The notes under the pieces: model-generated
Told to the model about the DNA's origin: nothing
The model's database searches: none
Seen by the model: the letters and a program-made list of their open reading frames with translations, nothing else
Translations under genes and position numbers: made by a program
Assembly: GCA_963837345.1 (NCBI GenBank)
Contig: CAWIMX010000001.1
Location: 451,823 to 515,822 of the forward strand
DNA length: 64,000 bases
Source: an uncultured Acidobacteriota bacterium
Lineage (GTDB): Bacteria > Acidobacteriota > Vicinamibacteria > Vicinamibacterales > CAVVIG01
Direction of reading: 5' to 3'
Part shown: positions 30,116-38,967 of the stretch, piece by piece
How positions within the stretch are numbered: position 1 is the first letter of the stretch
How the letters are laid out: every line of letters starts with the position of its first letter

Positions 30116-31434
30116 ACGGAGTCGGCAGTCGACGCTCGCCAGTCGTCAGCCGAAAGTTCGTCGCGGCCCTCGCGATCGTCGTCGGCGTGGCCGTCGGCGC
30201 CGCCGGCGTGACGCTGACGGCTCAGCGCGGCGCGGCCGCCGATCCCTCGCACGGCAAGTCGATCTACGACGCGCACTGCGTCGAGTGCCACGGCGTCGAG
30301 GGCCGCGGCGATGGACCCGCCGCGCCGATGCTCACGCCACGGCCTCGCGACTTCACGAGCGGCAAATACAAGATCCGCACCACCGAGACCGGCAGCCTGC
30401 CGACCGACCAGGATCTCGTCCACTCCGTGGAAGAGGGGCTCTTCGCCACCGCGATGCCGGGCTGGAAAGGCATCCTGCGAGACGACGAGATTCGCGATGT
30501 CGTCGGCTATGTCAAGTCGCTGTCGCCGCGGTTCGCGAGCGAGCGCGTGCAGCCCGTGTCGCTCGGCCCCGAGATCGCGAGAACGCCCGAGAGCGAGGCG
30601 CATGGACGGCAGGTCTACGAGACGCTGCAGTGCGCCAAGTGCCACGGCACCGACGGCCGGGGCGCCGATGCCGTCACGACGCAGTTCGAGGACGATTGGG
30701 GACACCCGTTGGGCGCCGCGGATCTGACCGAGCCCTGGACGTTCCGCGGCGGGTCGGCCCCGCGCGACATCTACCTGCGGTTTCGCACCGGGATGTCGGG
30801 GACGCCGATGCCGTCGTTCAAGGAGGCCGCGAGCGACGCCGACATGTGGGACCTCGCCAACTACGTCGCGTCGCTCGGCCGCAAGCCCGTCTGGCAGATG
30901 AGCGCGGCCGAGGTCACCGCATTCTACGAGCGCAAGGCCGACGAGGCCCGCGCCGATCCCGTCGCCCAGGGCGAGTATCTGGCCAACACGCTTCTCTGCC
31001 CGATCTGTCATTCCCCGATCGACGCCGACGGACGGATCCTCCCGGGGCTCCGCATGGCCGGCGGCCAGCTGATGCGCGTCGTGCCGTTCGGCGATTTTCC
31101 GACCGCGAATCTGACGTCTGATCGCCAGACGGGTCTGGGCGGCTGGACCGACGATCAGATCAAGGCGGCGATCACGCGCGGCGAGCGCCCCGACGGCTCG
31201 CATCTGCTTCCGTTTCCGATGGACTGGCCGAGTTATTCCGCCCTGTCCGCAGACGACTTGAGCGCGCTCGTGGCCTACCTGCGATCGGTTCCGCCGATCT
31301 CGAACCAGGTGCCGGTGCCGGCGCGCCCGTTTCTGCCGGTGTATCTGTGGGGCAAGTTCAAGATGCTGGTGCTCGGGATCGATCCGCCGATCCTCGTGTT
31401 TCCCGGCAATGTCGGCGCGGGAGCGCAGGGATGA
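30112..31434 (+). CDS. c-type cytochrome with three CXXCH motifs
   Basis: N-terminal TM/signal segment. Haem motifs CVECH, CAKCH, CPICH. The ATG overlaps the upstream stop (ATGA). Confidence 0.8.
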   Translation: MNGVGSRRSPVVSRKFVAALAIVVGVAVGAAGVTLTAQRGAAADPSHGKSIYDAHCVECHGVEGRGDGPAAPMLTPRPRDFTSGKYKIRTTETGSLPTDQDLVHSVEEGLFATAMPGWKGILRDDEIRDVVGYVKSLSPRFASERVQPVSLGPEIARTPESEAHGRQVYETLQCAKCHGTDGRGADAVTTQFEDDWGHPLGAADLTEPWTFRGGSAPRDIYLRFRTGMSGTPMPSFKEAASDADMWDLANYVASLGRKPVWQMSAAEVTAFYERKADEARADPVAQGEYLANTLLCPICHSPIDADGRILPGLRMAGGQLMRVVPFGDFPTANLTSDRQTGLGGWTDDQIKAAITRGERPDGSHLLPFPMDWPSYSALSADDLSALVAYLRSVPPISNQVPVPARPFLPVYLWGKFKMLVLGIDPPILVFPGNVGAGAQG

Positions 31435-32039
31435 AGCGATTGCTGAAGCGCGCCGCGATCGTCGTGGCGGTCGTGGCGGTGATCGGCCTCCTGGCATTCC
31501 TCTATTTCATCCCGCCGTTCATGTTCATGGACCCGGAGAGTTTCTCGCGTCCGCAAAACGCCGCAGCGCCGCCGGTGTCCGGCATCGCCGATCCGGCCGA
31601 GCGGGCGATCGCCGAGCGCGGCCGCTACCTCGCCATGACGTCGGGCTGCATCGGCTGCCATCAAGTGCCGACGCCCCAGGGCCCCGACTTCACGCGGTAC
31701 CTGGCCGGGGGCATGAAGTTCGTCACGGCGCACGGCGCGTTCATCACGCGCAACCTGACGCCGGACGCCGACACCGGCCTCGCGCGGCGAACCGACGACG
31801 ACGTGAAGCGCGTGCTGCGAAGCGGCGTGTTCCCCGACGGGCATGTCGCCTCGTACCGCCTCATGCCGTGGGGCGGGTACACCACCTGGTCCGACGAGGA
31901 CCGCTACGCCCTGCTCGTCTACCTGCGGCATCTCCCGCCGGTCTCGCACGCGATTCCCGACCCGGTCCCGGACGTCACGCCCGGCGACTCCGGCGCCTTC
32001 GAAGCGGTCTACGCCGGCAGGGACTACGGCGGCCCGTAG
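31431..32039 (+). CDS. Membrane-anchored mono-haem c-type cytochrome
   Basis: MKRLLKRAAIVVAVVAVIGLLAFLYF anchor, one CIGCH motif. ATGA overlap with the upstream gene. Confidence 0.75.
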   Translation: MKRLLKRAAIVVAVVAVIGLLAFLYFIPPFMFMDPESFSRPQNAAAPPVSGIADPAERAIAERGRYLAMTSGCIGCHQVPTPQGPDFTRYLAGGMKFVTAHGAFITRNLTPDADTGLARRTDDDVKRVLRSGVFPDGHVASYRLMPWGGYTTWSDEDRYALLVYLRHLPPVSHAIPDPVPDVTPGDSGAFEAVYAGRDYGGP

Positions 32040-32122
32040 CCGACGACGCGCGCCGGCCCGGTGCCGACGGCGCGGATGTGAAATAATGGCGGGAACCGCC
32101 CGGGACACCTGAGGAGGTCTCC

Positions 32123-32170
32123 ATGAAGACGCCGATCTCGGGCGTCGTCTGTCACGTCACCCATGGCTGA
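32123..32170 (+). CDS. Candidate 15-codon leader ORF overlapping the start of the UPF0182 gene
   Basis: GAGGAGG (32111..32117), 5-nt spacer, then ATG. Encodes MKTPISGVVCHVTHG*. Its TGA (32168..32170) lies just after the out-of-frame UPF0182 ATG at 32163, which has no SD of its own. Confidence 0.3.
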   Translation: MKTPISGVVCHVTHG

Positions 32171-35003
32171 AACGATTGACTGGCCGCCCACGCGTCGGCG
32201 CGGGCGGCCCGTCGGCCTCATCGTGCTTGCGCTGGTGGCCGTGCTGTTCGTCAGCGCGGGCACGGCGCTCTCCTACTACGTCGACGCCCTCTGGTTCGGC
32301 TCGCTCGGCTTCTCCGGGGTGTTCTGGACCACGCTGAACTATGAGGCCGCGGTGTTCGCGATCTTCGCGCTCCTCACGTTCGGCGCGCTCTACGGCGCGT
32401 TCCTCGCCCTGAAGCCGGCGCGACTGTCGGATTTCATGGGCGGGCCGATCCTGATCAACGGGCAGCCCATCCGCCTGCCGGTCGAGCCGGTGCTGCGGTT
32501 GATTGCGGGCGGCGGCGCGCTGTTCATCGCCGTCGTCACCGGGTTCGGCATGATGGCCGACTGGCGGACGTTCGCGCTCTACCGGCACGCCCCGGCGGCG
32601 GCCGGCGCGCCCCTCGATCCGATCTTCGGCCGGCCGCTCACCTTCTATCTCTTCACCCTGCCGGCGTGGCAGCTGGTCACCGGCTGGCTCCTCGTGCTCG
32701 CGATTCTCGCGTGTCTGGTGGCGGCGTTCTTCCTCGTGATCGGGGGCGGCACGTGGATGGCGGTGGGCCGGCGGCGCGACGGGTTCGCTCCGTCGTGGCG
32801 CGGCCTCTCGATCACGTTCGCGCTGCTTCTTCTGGTCCTCGCCGCGAGGACCTATCTGGGACGGTTCGAACGCCTCTTCGACGATCACACCATCTTCACC
32901 GGCGTGGGCTACACCGACGCGCACGTGACGCTCACGGGCATGCTGATCCTGTCGGGCGCCCTGGTGCTCGGCGGCGTGATCGCCGCCGCCAATGCCGTCG
33001 TGGCGCCGCGGCTGCGCTGGCTCGTGGCGGCGGTCGTGCCGGCGATCGTGGTGTATGCCGTCGTCGGCGTGCTCGGCTGGTACGTGAGCTCGTTCATCGT
33101 CCGGCCGAATCAGCTGGTTCGCGAACGGCCCTACATCGCCCACAACATCGAGATGACGCGCGCCGCCTACGCGCTCGATCGCGTCGAGCGGCACGATTTC
33201 CCGGCCGAAGGCGGCGTGGCGGCGGTCGATCTCGCCGACAACCGCGACACCGTCGACAACATCCGGCTGTGGGACTGGCGGGCGCTGCAGGACACGCTTC
33301 GCCAGATCCAGGAAATCCGCACGTACTACGACTTCCCCGACGTGGACATCGATCGCTACCAGGTGAACGGCGCAACGCGCCAGATGATGCTCGCCGCGCG
33401 GGAGCTCAGCATCGACAAGCTGCCCGAGAGCAGCCGCAACTGGATCAACGAAAAGCTCATCTACACGCACGGCTACGGCGTGACGATGAATCCCGTCAAC
33501 GGGTTCACGTCCGAAGGGCTGCCGACGCTCGTCCTGAGCAACATGCCGGTCGAGAGCACGCTGCCGTCGATCGAGGTGACGCGGCCGGAAATCTACTTCG
33601 GCCAGCTCACCAACAGCGACGTGTACGTGAACACGCGTCAGAACGAGTTCAACTATCCGCAGGGGGAGACCAACGCGTTCGCGTCGTACGAAGGTCAGGG
33701 GGGCATCGTGCTCGGCGGCTTCTTCCGCCGGGCCGTCATCGCGCTCGAACGGGGCGACATCTCGCGGCTGCCCTTCAGCGACGACATCACCTCGGAGAGC
33801 CGGCTGCTGATGCGACGCAACGTGCGCGAGCGCGTCCAGACGATTGCGCCGTTTCTCGTCTTCGATGGCGACCCGTACATCGTGATCGGCGAGGGCGGGC
33901 GGCTCTTCTGGATGATGGACGCGTACACCACGTCCGATCGGTTCCCGTACTCGCGGCCCTACCGCCTGGGCACCCTGCGCGTGAACTACATGCGCAACAG
34001 CGTCAAGGCCGTCGTCGACGCGTACGACGGATCGGTGCGCTTCTACGTGTTCGATGCCGACGATCCGATGATCGCCGCCTACCGCAATCTCTTTCCGGGG
34101 CTCTTCGTCGATCGGTCGGACATGCCGGACGGCCTGCGGGCGCACGTCCGGTATCCGGAGCTGCTGCTGCAGATGCAGGCGGCCGTCTACGGCCTGTATC
34201 ACATGACCGATCCGGAAGTGTTCTACAACCGTGAAGACCTGTGGACCGTCGCCGCTGAAGTGGGGCTCGGCGCCAACAGCCAGCAGGCGACGCAGGTGAT
34301 GGAGCCGAACTTCGTGCTGATGCGTCTGCCCGGGGAACGCTCGCTCGAGTTCGTCGAGATCCTGCCGTTCACGCCCGCCAATCGAAACAACCTGATCGGG
34401 TGGATCGCAGGACGCAGCGACGGCGATCACTATGGCACGTCGGTCGTCTACGACTTTCCAAAGACGAGGCTTGTGGACGGCCCCCTGCAGATCGAGGCGC
34501 GCATCGATCAGAATGCCCAGCTCTCGGGCCAGCTGTCGCTCTGGAACCAGCAGGGCTCGCACGTGCGGCGCGGCACCTTGATCGTGATCCCGATCGGACG
34601 GGCGCTGCTCTATGCCGAGCCCATCTACCTGCAGGCCGAGCGGAGCCCGATGCCGCAACTGCGGATTGTCGTGCTGGCCCTGCAGGACCGGCTGGCGTAC
34701 GGCCCGACGTTCGAGCAGGCGCTCGCCGGGCTGTTCGAGGGCGCAGACTCGACCCTCGCCGAGCCCTCCCGCTCCGAGCGCGGTGCCGCCCCTGGCGCCG
34801 CTGGATCCGACACGGGACCGCCTCCCTCGGCGCCCGCCGCGGCGCCCCCGACCGCATCGAACGATGTGGACGCGCTGATCGCCGGCGCCGCCCGGGACCT
34901 CGAGGAATACCAGCAGCTTACCGCCGCCGGCCGTCTCGGCGAGGCCGGTCAGCGGCTCGAGTCGCTCAAACAGAAGCTCGAACAGCTTCAGAATCCGCGG
35001 TAG
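32163..35003 (+). CDS. UPF0182-family large membrane protein
   Basis: 946 aa. N-terminal multi-TM region (YYVDALWFGSLGF...) and conserved blocks (YIAHNIEMTRAAY, NEKLIYTHGYGV, LYAEPIYLQAE). Confidence 0.9.
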   Translation: MAETIDWPPTRRRGRPVGLIVLALVAVLFVSAGTALSYYVDALWFGSLGFSGVFWTTLNYEAAVFAIFALLTFGALYGAFLALKPARLSDFMGGPILINGQPIRLPVEPVLRLIAGGGALFIAVVTGFGMMADWRTFALYRHAPAAAGAPLDPIFGRPLTFYLFTLPAWQLVTGWLLVLAILACLVAAFFLVIGGGTWMAVGRRRDGFAPSWRGLSITFALLLLVLAARTYLGRFERLFDDHTIFTGVGYTDAHVTLTGMLILSGALVLGGVIAAANAVVAPRLRWLVAAVVPAIVVYAVVGVLGWYVSSFIVRPNQLVRERPYIAHNIEMTRAAYALDRVERHDFPAEGGVAAVDLADNRDTVDNIRLWDWRALQDTLRQIQEIRTYYDFPDVDIDRYQVNGATRQMMLAARELSIDKLPESSRNWINEKLIYTHGYGVTMNPVNGFTSEGLPTLVLSNMPVESTLPSIEVTRPEIYFGQLTNSDVYVNTRQNEFNYPQGETNAFASYEGQGGIVLGGFFRRAVIALERGDISRLPFSDDITSESRLLMRRNVRERVQTIAPFLVFDGDPYIVIGEGGRLFWMMDAYTTSDRFPYSRPYRLGTLRVNYMRNSVKAVVDAYDGSVRFYVFDADDPMIAAYRNLFPGLFVDRSDMPDGLRAHVRYPELLLQMQAAVYGLYHMTDPEVFYNREDLWTVAAEVGLGANSQQATQVMEPNFVLMRLPGERSLEFVEILPFTPANRNNLIGWIAGRSDGDHYGTSVVYDFPKTRLVDGPLQIEARIDQNAQLSGQLSLWNQQGSHVRRGTLIVIPIGRALLYAEPIYLQAERSPMPQLRIVVLALQDRLAYGPTFEQALAGLFEGADSTLAEPSRSERGAAPGAAGSDTGPPPSAPAAAPPTASNDVDALIAGAARDLEEYQQLTAAGRLGEAGQRLESLKQKLEQLQNPR

Positions 35004-35039
35004 TCCACAGCGCGGGCCTTCAGGTCCCAGGGAGCCCTC

Positions 35040-37454
35040 ATGGCCGCGTGGAGACAGTCCTGGCGTTCGGTCGCGTCCCGCCCGATCGTCTCAATCGTGG
35101 CCATCACCACTCTGGCGGTCGGCCTCGGTGTGAACGCCGCGATCTTCAGCCTCACGCGCGAGGTCCTGCTCCAGCCGCTTCCGTATAAGAACGCCGACCG
35201 CCTCGTCCGTGTCTTCGAGACCAACCACGCCCTCGGCGTCGACGACGCGGGCATCGCGCCGTTCCGGTACGTCGTCTGGCGCCCGGGCGCCGACGCCTTC
35301 GAGGACATCGCCCTCTTCCGTCGCAGCTCGTTCAACGTGGCCGCGGGCCCCGACGCGCGGCAGGTCGAGGGCTTTCAGGTCGACGACCGCTTCTTCCCGA
35401 TGCTCGGCGTGCAGCCGGCGATCGGCCGCGGCTTCACGGCGGACGACGTGCGGCCGGGCGCCGACACGGTGGCGCTCCTGAGCGACGGGTTCTGGCGCCG
35501 CCAGTTCGGCGCCGATCCCGCAGCCGTCGGGCGCGTCATCACGATCGACGGCGTACCCTGCATCGTCGTCGGCGTGCTGCCGTCGACGTTCCGCATCTAT
35601 CACGTGCTGAACCAGGAGCTGCAGGTGTTCCGGCCGCTCGTGCTCGACCCGTCCGATCGCGGACACTCGCTGAACGCGTACGCCACGCTCGGACCGGGGG
35701 TCTCGATCGAGACCGCGCGCCGGCAGCTCTCCGCACTCTACATCGATCTGCCGGGCACCGACGGCGCGTGGACCGCGAGCGCCGAGCGCCTGTCCGACAG
35801 CTTCGCCAACCAGTCGCGCGCACTCCTTCTCGCGCTGCAGTGGGCGGTGGCGTTCGTCCTCCTCATCGCATGCGCGAACCTCGCCAACCTGCTCCTGGCC
35901 TCGTCCGCCGGGCGGCGCAGGGAGCTCGCGGTGCGGCAGGCGCTCGGGGCCTCGCCCTGGCGCATCGCCCGGGATCTCGCGGGAGAAGCGCTGCTCATGG
36001 TGGCCGCGGGCGGCGCGCTCGCGATCGGTGTCGCGATCGGCCTCGTGCGGACGCTGAACGCCACGCTCAGCTTCGAGGACATCAATCGCCTCGCACCGTT
36101 CCGCGTGGACGGCTGGGTGCTCGCCTTCACCGGCGCGCTCACGCTCGCCGTGGCCGCGCTCGTCGGGCTCCTGCCGGCGCGGGCGGCTGTCAGCCCGAAC
36201 CAGCTGGACGCGCTCAAGGACTCCACGCACGGCGTGACGACGGGACTGTCCAACCGGCGCCTGCGCCAGGCGCTCGTCGTCGGCGAGATCGCGCTCGCGG
36301 TGGTGCTCGCCGCCTCGGCGCTCGCGCTCACCCGCAGTGCGATCGGTCTGCAGGCGGTCGACCGCGGCCTCGACACCGCCGGAGTCATGACCGCGAAGGT
36401 GTCGTTCAACAGCCCGCAGTACGCGGACGCCGGCGTGCTCGCGCGAACGGGAACGGCAATCGCCCACCGCCTCGCGGCCGCGCCCGGCCTCGCGGCCGCC
36501 GCGATCGTGAACTATCCGCCGCTGTCGCAGATTCGCGTCGGCGTGCCCGTCGAGGTCGAGGGGCGCGCCGAGCAGCCGGGGGACGAGCCGGCCGCCGCGC
36601 GCTTCTGGGTGGTATCGCCGGGATATTTCGCGGCGGCGGGGATTCGTCTGAAGGCGGGCCGCGACTTCACCGACGGCGACAACGAGGACGCGCCGGGCGT
36701 GGCCATCGTGAGCGAGAAGTTCGCCGAGCGCTACTGGCACACGACGGACGTGATCGGCCGGCACGTGACCGGGAAGTTCTCCGGCAGCGCCGCCTTCTGG
36801 ATCCCGCGCGCCCGCCAGGGCGCGCTCGCCATCGTCGGCGTCGCCGCGGACGTGCGGGAGGATCCCCTCGACCACGCGGCCGACCCGCAGCTCTACCTCC
36901 CGTACGCGCAGAACCCGACCGTGGAGATCACCCTGATGGCGCGCGTCGCCGACCGACGGCGCGCGGAGGACGCGCTTCCGGCGATGCGCGCGGCCGTGCG
37001 CGGCGCCGATCCGCAGCTCCCGGTGACGCAGGAGACCGCGTTCGACGGCATCGTGCGCGAGGCCTTCGCGCGTCCGCGCGAGATGGCGTGGCTCCTCGGC
37101 GCATTCGCCGCGCTCGCGCTGCTGCTCGCGACCCTGGGCGTCTACGGCGTCATTGCCCATACCACCAGCGCCCGCGCGAAGGAGATCGGCATCCGCATCG
37201 CCCTCGGCGCCTCGCCGGGCGACGTCGTCGCGCTGGTCGTCCGGCAGGCGGCCGTCCTCGCCGCGATCGGCGCCGGGATCGGGATCGGACTGACGCCGAT
37301 CGCCCTCGGCTTCGCCCGCGGGCTGTTGTTCGGCGTCGGCCCGCTCGATCCGGTCACGCCGCTCGTGGTCGCGGCGCTGCTCCTCGCCGTTGCGATCGCC
37401 GCCTCGCTCGCCCCCGCGCTGCGCGCGACCGCGGCACCCGCTCCGCGGACGTGA
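35040..37454 (+). CDS. ADOP-type duplicated FtsX/MacB-like ABC permease (second copy)
   Basis: 804 aa. SWRSVASRPIVSIVAITTLAVGLGVNAAIFS. Two FtsX modules (LLLASSAGRRRELAVRQALGASPWRI, TTSARAKEIGIRIALGASPGDV). Confidence 0.9.
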   Translation: MAAWRQSWRSVASRPIVSIVAITTLAVGLGVNAAIFSLTREVLLQPLPYKNADRLVRVFETNHALGVDDAGIAPFRYVVWRPGADAFEDIALFRRSSFNVAAGPDARQVEGFQVDDRFFPMLGVQPAIGRGFTADDVRPGADTVALLSDGFWRRQFGADPAAVGRVITIDGVPCIVVGVLPSTFRIYHVLNQELQVFRPLVLDPSDRGHSLNAYATLGPGVSIETARRQLSALYIDLPGTDGAWTASAERLSDSFANQSRALLLALQWAVAFVLLIACANLANLLLASSAGRRRELAVRQALGASPWRIARDLAGEALLMVAAGGALAIGVAIGLVRTLNATLSFEDINRLAPFRVDGWVLAFTGALTLAVAALVGLLPARAAVSPNQLDALKDSTHGVTTGLSNRRLRQALVVGEIALAVVLAASALALTRSAIGLQAVDRGLDTAGVMTAKVSFNSPQYADAGVLARTGTAIAHRLAAAPGLAAAAIVNYPPLSQIRVGVPVEVEGRAEQPGDEPAAARFWVVSPGYFAAAGIRLKAGRDFTDGDNEDAPGVAIVSEKFAERYWHTTDVIGRHVTGKFSGSAAFWIPRARQGALAIVGVAADVREDPLDHAADPQLYLPYAQNPTVEITLMARVADRRRAEDALPAMRAAVRGADPQLPVTQETAFDGIVREAFARPREMAWLLGAFAALALLLATLGVYGVIAHTTSARAKEIGIRIALGASPGDVVALVVRQAAVLAAIGAGIGIGLTPIALGFARGLLFGVGPLDPVTPLVVAALLLAVAIAASLAPALRATAAPAPRT

Positions 37455-37635
37455 TCGTGCAGCCATCGGGACCCTCGACGGCCAACTCACGCACGCCGCA
37501 CGACTGGTCGTACCTCCCGGCCGTGACCTTCAGCGGCGGCTTCAGCCGCGCGTCGAGCGCGTCCACGCCCTGCACGCCGACGAACGCGGGCCCGCCAGGC
37601 ACGGGCGTCTCACGGTCGCGTTAGAATCGCCGCCC

Positions 37636-38193
37636 ATGCACGCTGTGTGTGTCTTTGCAGGATCGAGCGCCGGCGCGCGGCCCGAATACGCCGCGGCCGC
37701 CCGCCGCCTGGGCGCACTGATGGCCGAGCGCGGCCATCGCCTCGTGTATGGCGGCGGCAGCGTCGGCCTGATGGGCACCCTCGCCGACGCGGTGCTCGCC
37801 GCGGGCGGACGGGTCACGGGCGTCATTCCCGACTTTCTCGCGACCAGAGAAATCGCGCACGCCGGACTCTCCGAACTGCTGGTCGTCGGCTCGATCCACG
37901 CGAGAAAGGCGCTGATGGCCGAGCGGGCCGACGCCTTCCTCGCCATTCCCGGCGGCCTCGGCACACTCGACGAACTGTTCGAGATGCTGACCTGGGCGCA
38001 GCTCGGTCTGCACCAGAAGCCCTGCGCGCTGCTCAATATCGGCGGCTATTTCGACGATGTGATCCGTTTTCTCGATCGGGCTGTCGAAGAAGGTTTCGTG
38101 AGCCAGCGCCACCGCGCGCGGATTCTCGTGGACGAGGACGCCGCCACCCTGCTGGACGGCTGCGAGTCTGCTAGGATTTCGTCATGCGAGTGA
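37636..38193 (+). CDS. LOG-family (TIGR00730) nucleotide phosphoribohydrolase
   Basis: VCVFAGSS..., LVYGGGSVGLMG, PGGLGTLDELFE. Confidence 0.88.
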   Translation: MHAVCVFAGSSAGARPEYAAAARRLGALMAERGHRLVYGGGSVGLMGTLADAVLAAGGRVTGVIPDFLATREIAHAGLSELLVVGSIHARKALMAERADAFLAIPGGLGTLDELFEMLTWAQLGLHQKPCALLNIGGYFDDVIRFLDRAVEEGFVSQRHRARILVDEDAATLLDGCESARISSCE

Positions 38194-38966
38194 TCCTCAC
38201 CCTTGCCCTCGTGCTGGTCGCGGGCTTCGCGTTCGCGCAGAGCCCGGCGCCGCCCGACGTGGCCGCGCCCCCGCCCGACGCGCAGAAGACGCCGTCCGGC
38301 CTTGCCTCGAAGGTCCTGACGCCGGGCACGGGGACGACGCACCCCGGGAAGACCGACATCGTGACCGTCCACTACACGGGATGGACCACCGACGGCCTGA
38401 TGTTCGACAGTTCGTACTCCCGCGGCGAAAAGGCCACCTTCCCGCTCGATCGCGTGATTGCCGGCTGGACCGAAGGCCTGCAGCTGATGGTCACCGGCGA
38501 GAAGCGCCGCTTCTGGATTCCCGAATCGCTGGCCTACAAGGGCCAGCGCGATCCGAAAGGCATGCTCGTCTTCGAGGTCGAGCTCTTTTCGTTCGCGGAA
38601 TCGCCGCTCGTTCCCCCGTCCGACGTCAAGGGGCCACCCGCCGACGCGGAGAAGACGTCGTCGGGGCTCGCCTATCGCGTGCTTCGCCCCGGCACCGGGA
38701 CCACCCATCCAGCGGCCACCAGCCAGGTCACCGTCCACTACTCCGGCTGGACGACGAACGGGCAACTCTTCGACAGTTCGATCATGCGCGGCGAGCCTGC
38801 GACGTTCCGTTTGAACGGCGTCATTCCCGGCTGGACCGAGGGCGTCCAGTTGATGGTCGAAGGCGAGAAGGCGCGCTTCTGGATTCCCGAGAACCTGGCC
38901 TATCGCGGCCAGCAGGCCCCGTACGGCATGCTCGTGTTCGACGTCGAGCTGCTGCAAATCCGGTGA
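38184..38966 (+). CDS. Secreted FKBP-type peptidyl-prolyl isomerase with two FKBP domains
   Basis: Signal peptide. The block VTVHYTGWTTDGxxFDSS...VIxGWTEGxQLMxxGEKxRFWIPExLAY occurs twice. Confidence 0.9.
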   Translation: MRVILTLALVLVAGFAFAQSPAPPDVAAPPPDAQKTPSGLASKVLTPGTGTTHPGKTDIVTVHYTGWTTDGLMFDSSYSRGEKATFPLDRVIAGWTEGLQLMVTGEKRRFWIPESLAYKGQRDPKGMLVFEVELFSFAESPLVPPSDVKGPPADAEKTSSGLAYRVLRPGTGTTHPAATSQVTVHYSGWTTNGQLFDSSIMRGEPATFRLNGVIPGWTEGVQLMVEGEKARFWIPENLAYRGQQAPYGMLVFDVELLQIR

Positions 38967-38967
38967 G

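Noticed and set aside
37354-37602. 82-aa minus-strand ORF in the ADOP-LOG spacer (…FVGVQGVDALDARLKPPLKVTAGRYDQSCGVRELAVEGPDGCTI…).
   Set aside because: No recognisable family. Its 3' part overlaps the ADOP permease end as Arg-rich text, and there is no SD. It may be a chance ORF or a decayed fragment, and the evidence is not enough to call it.
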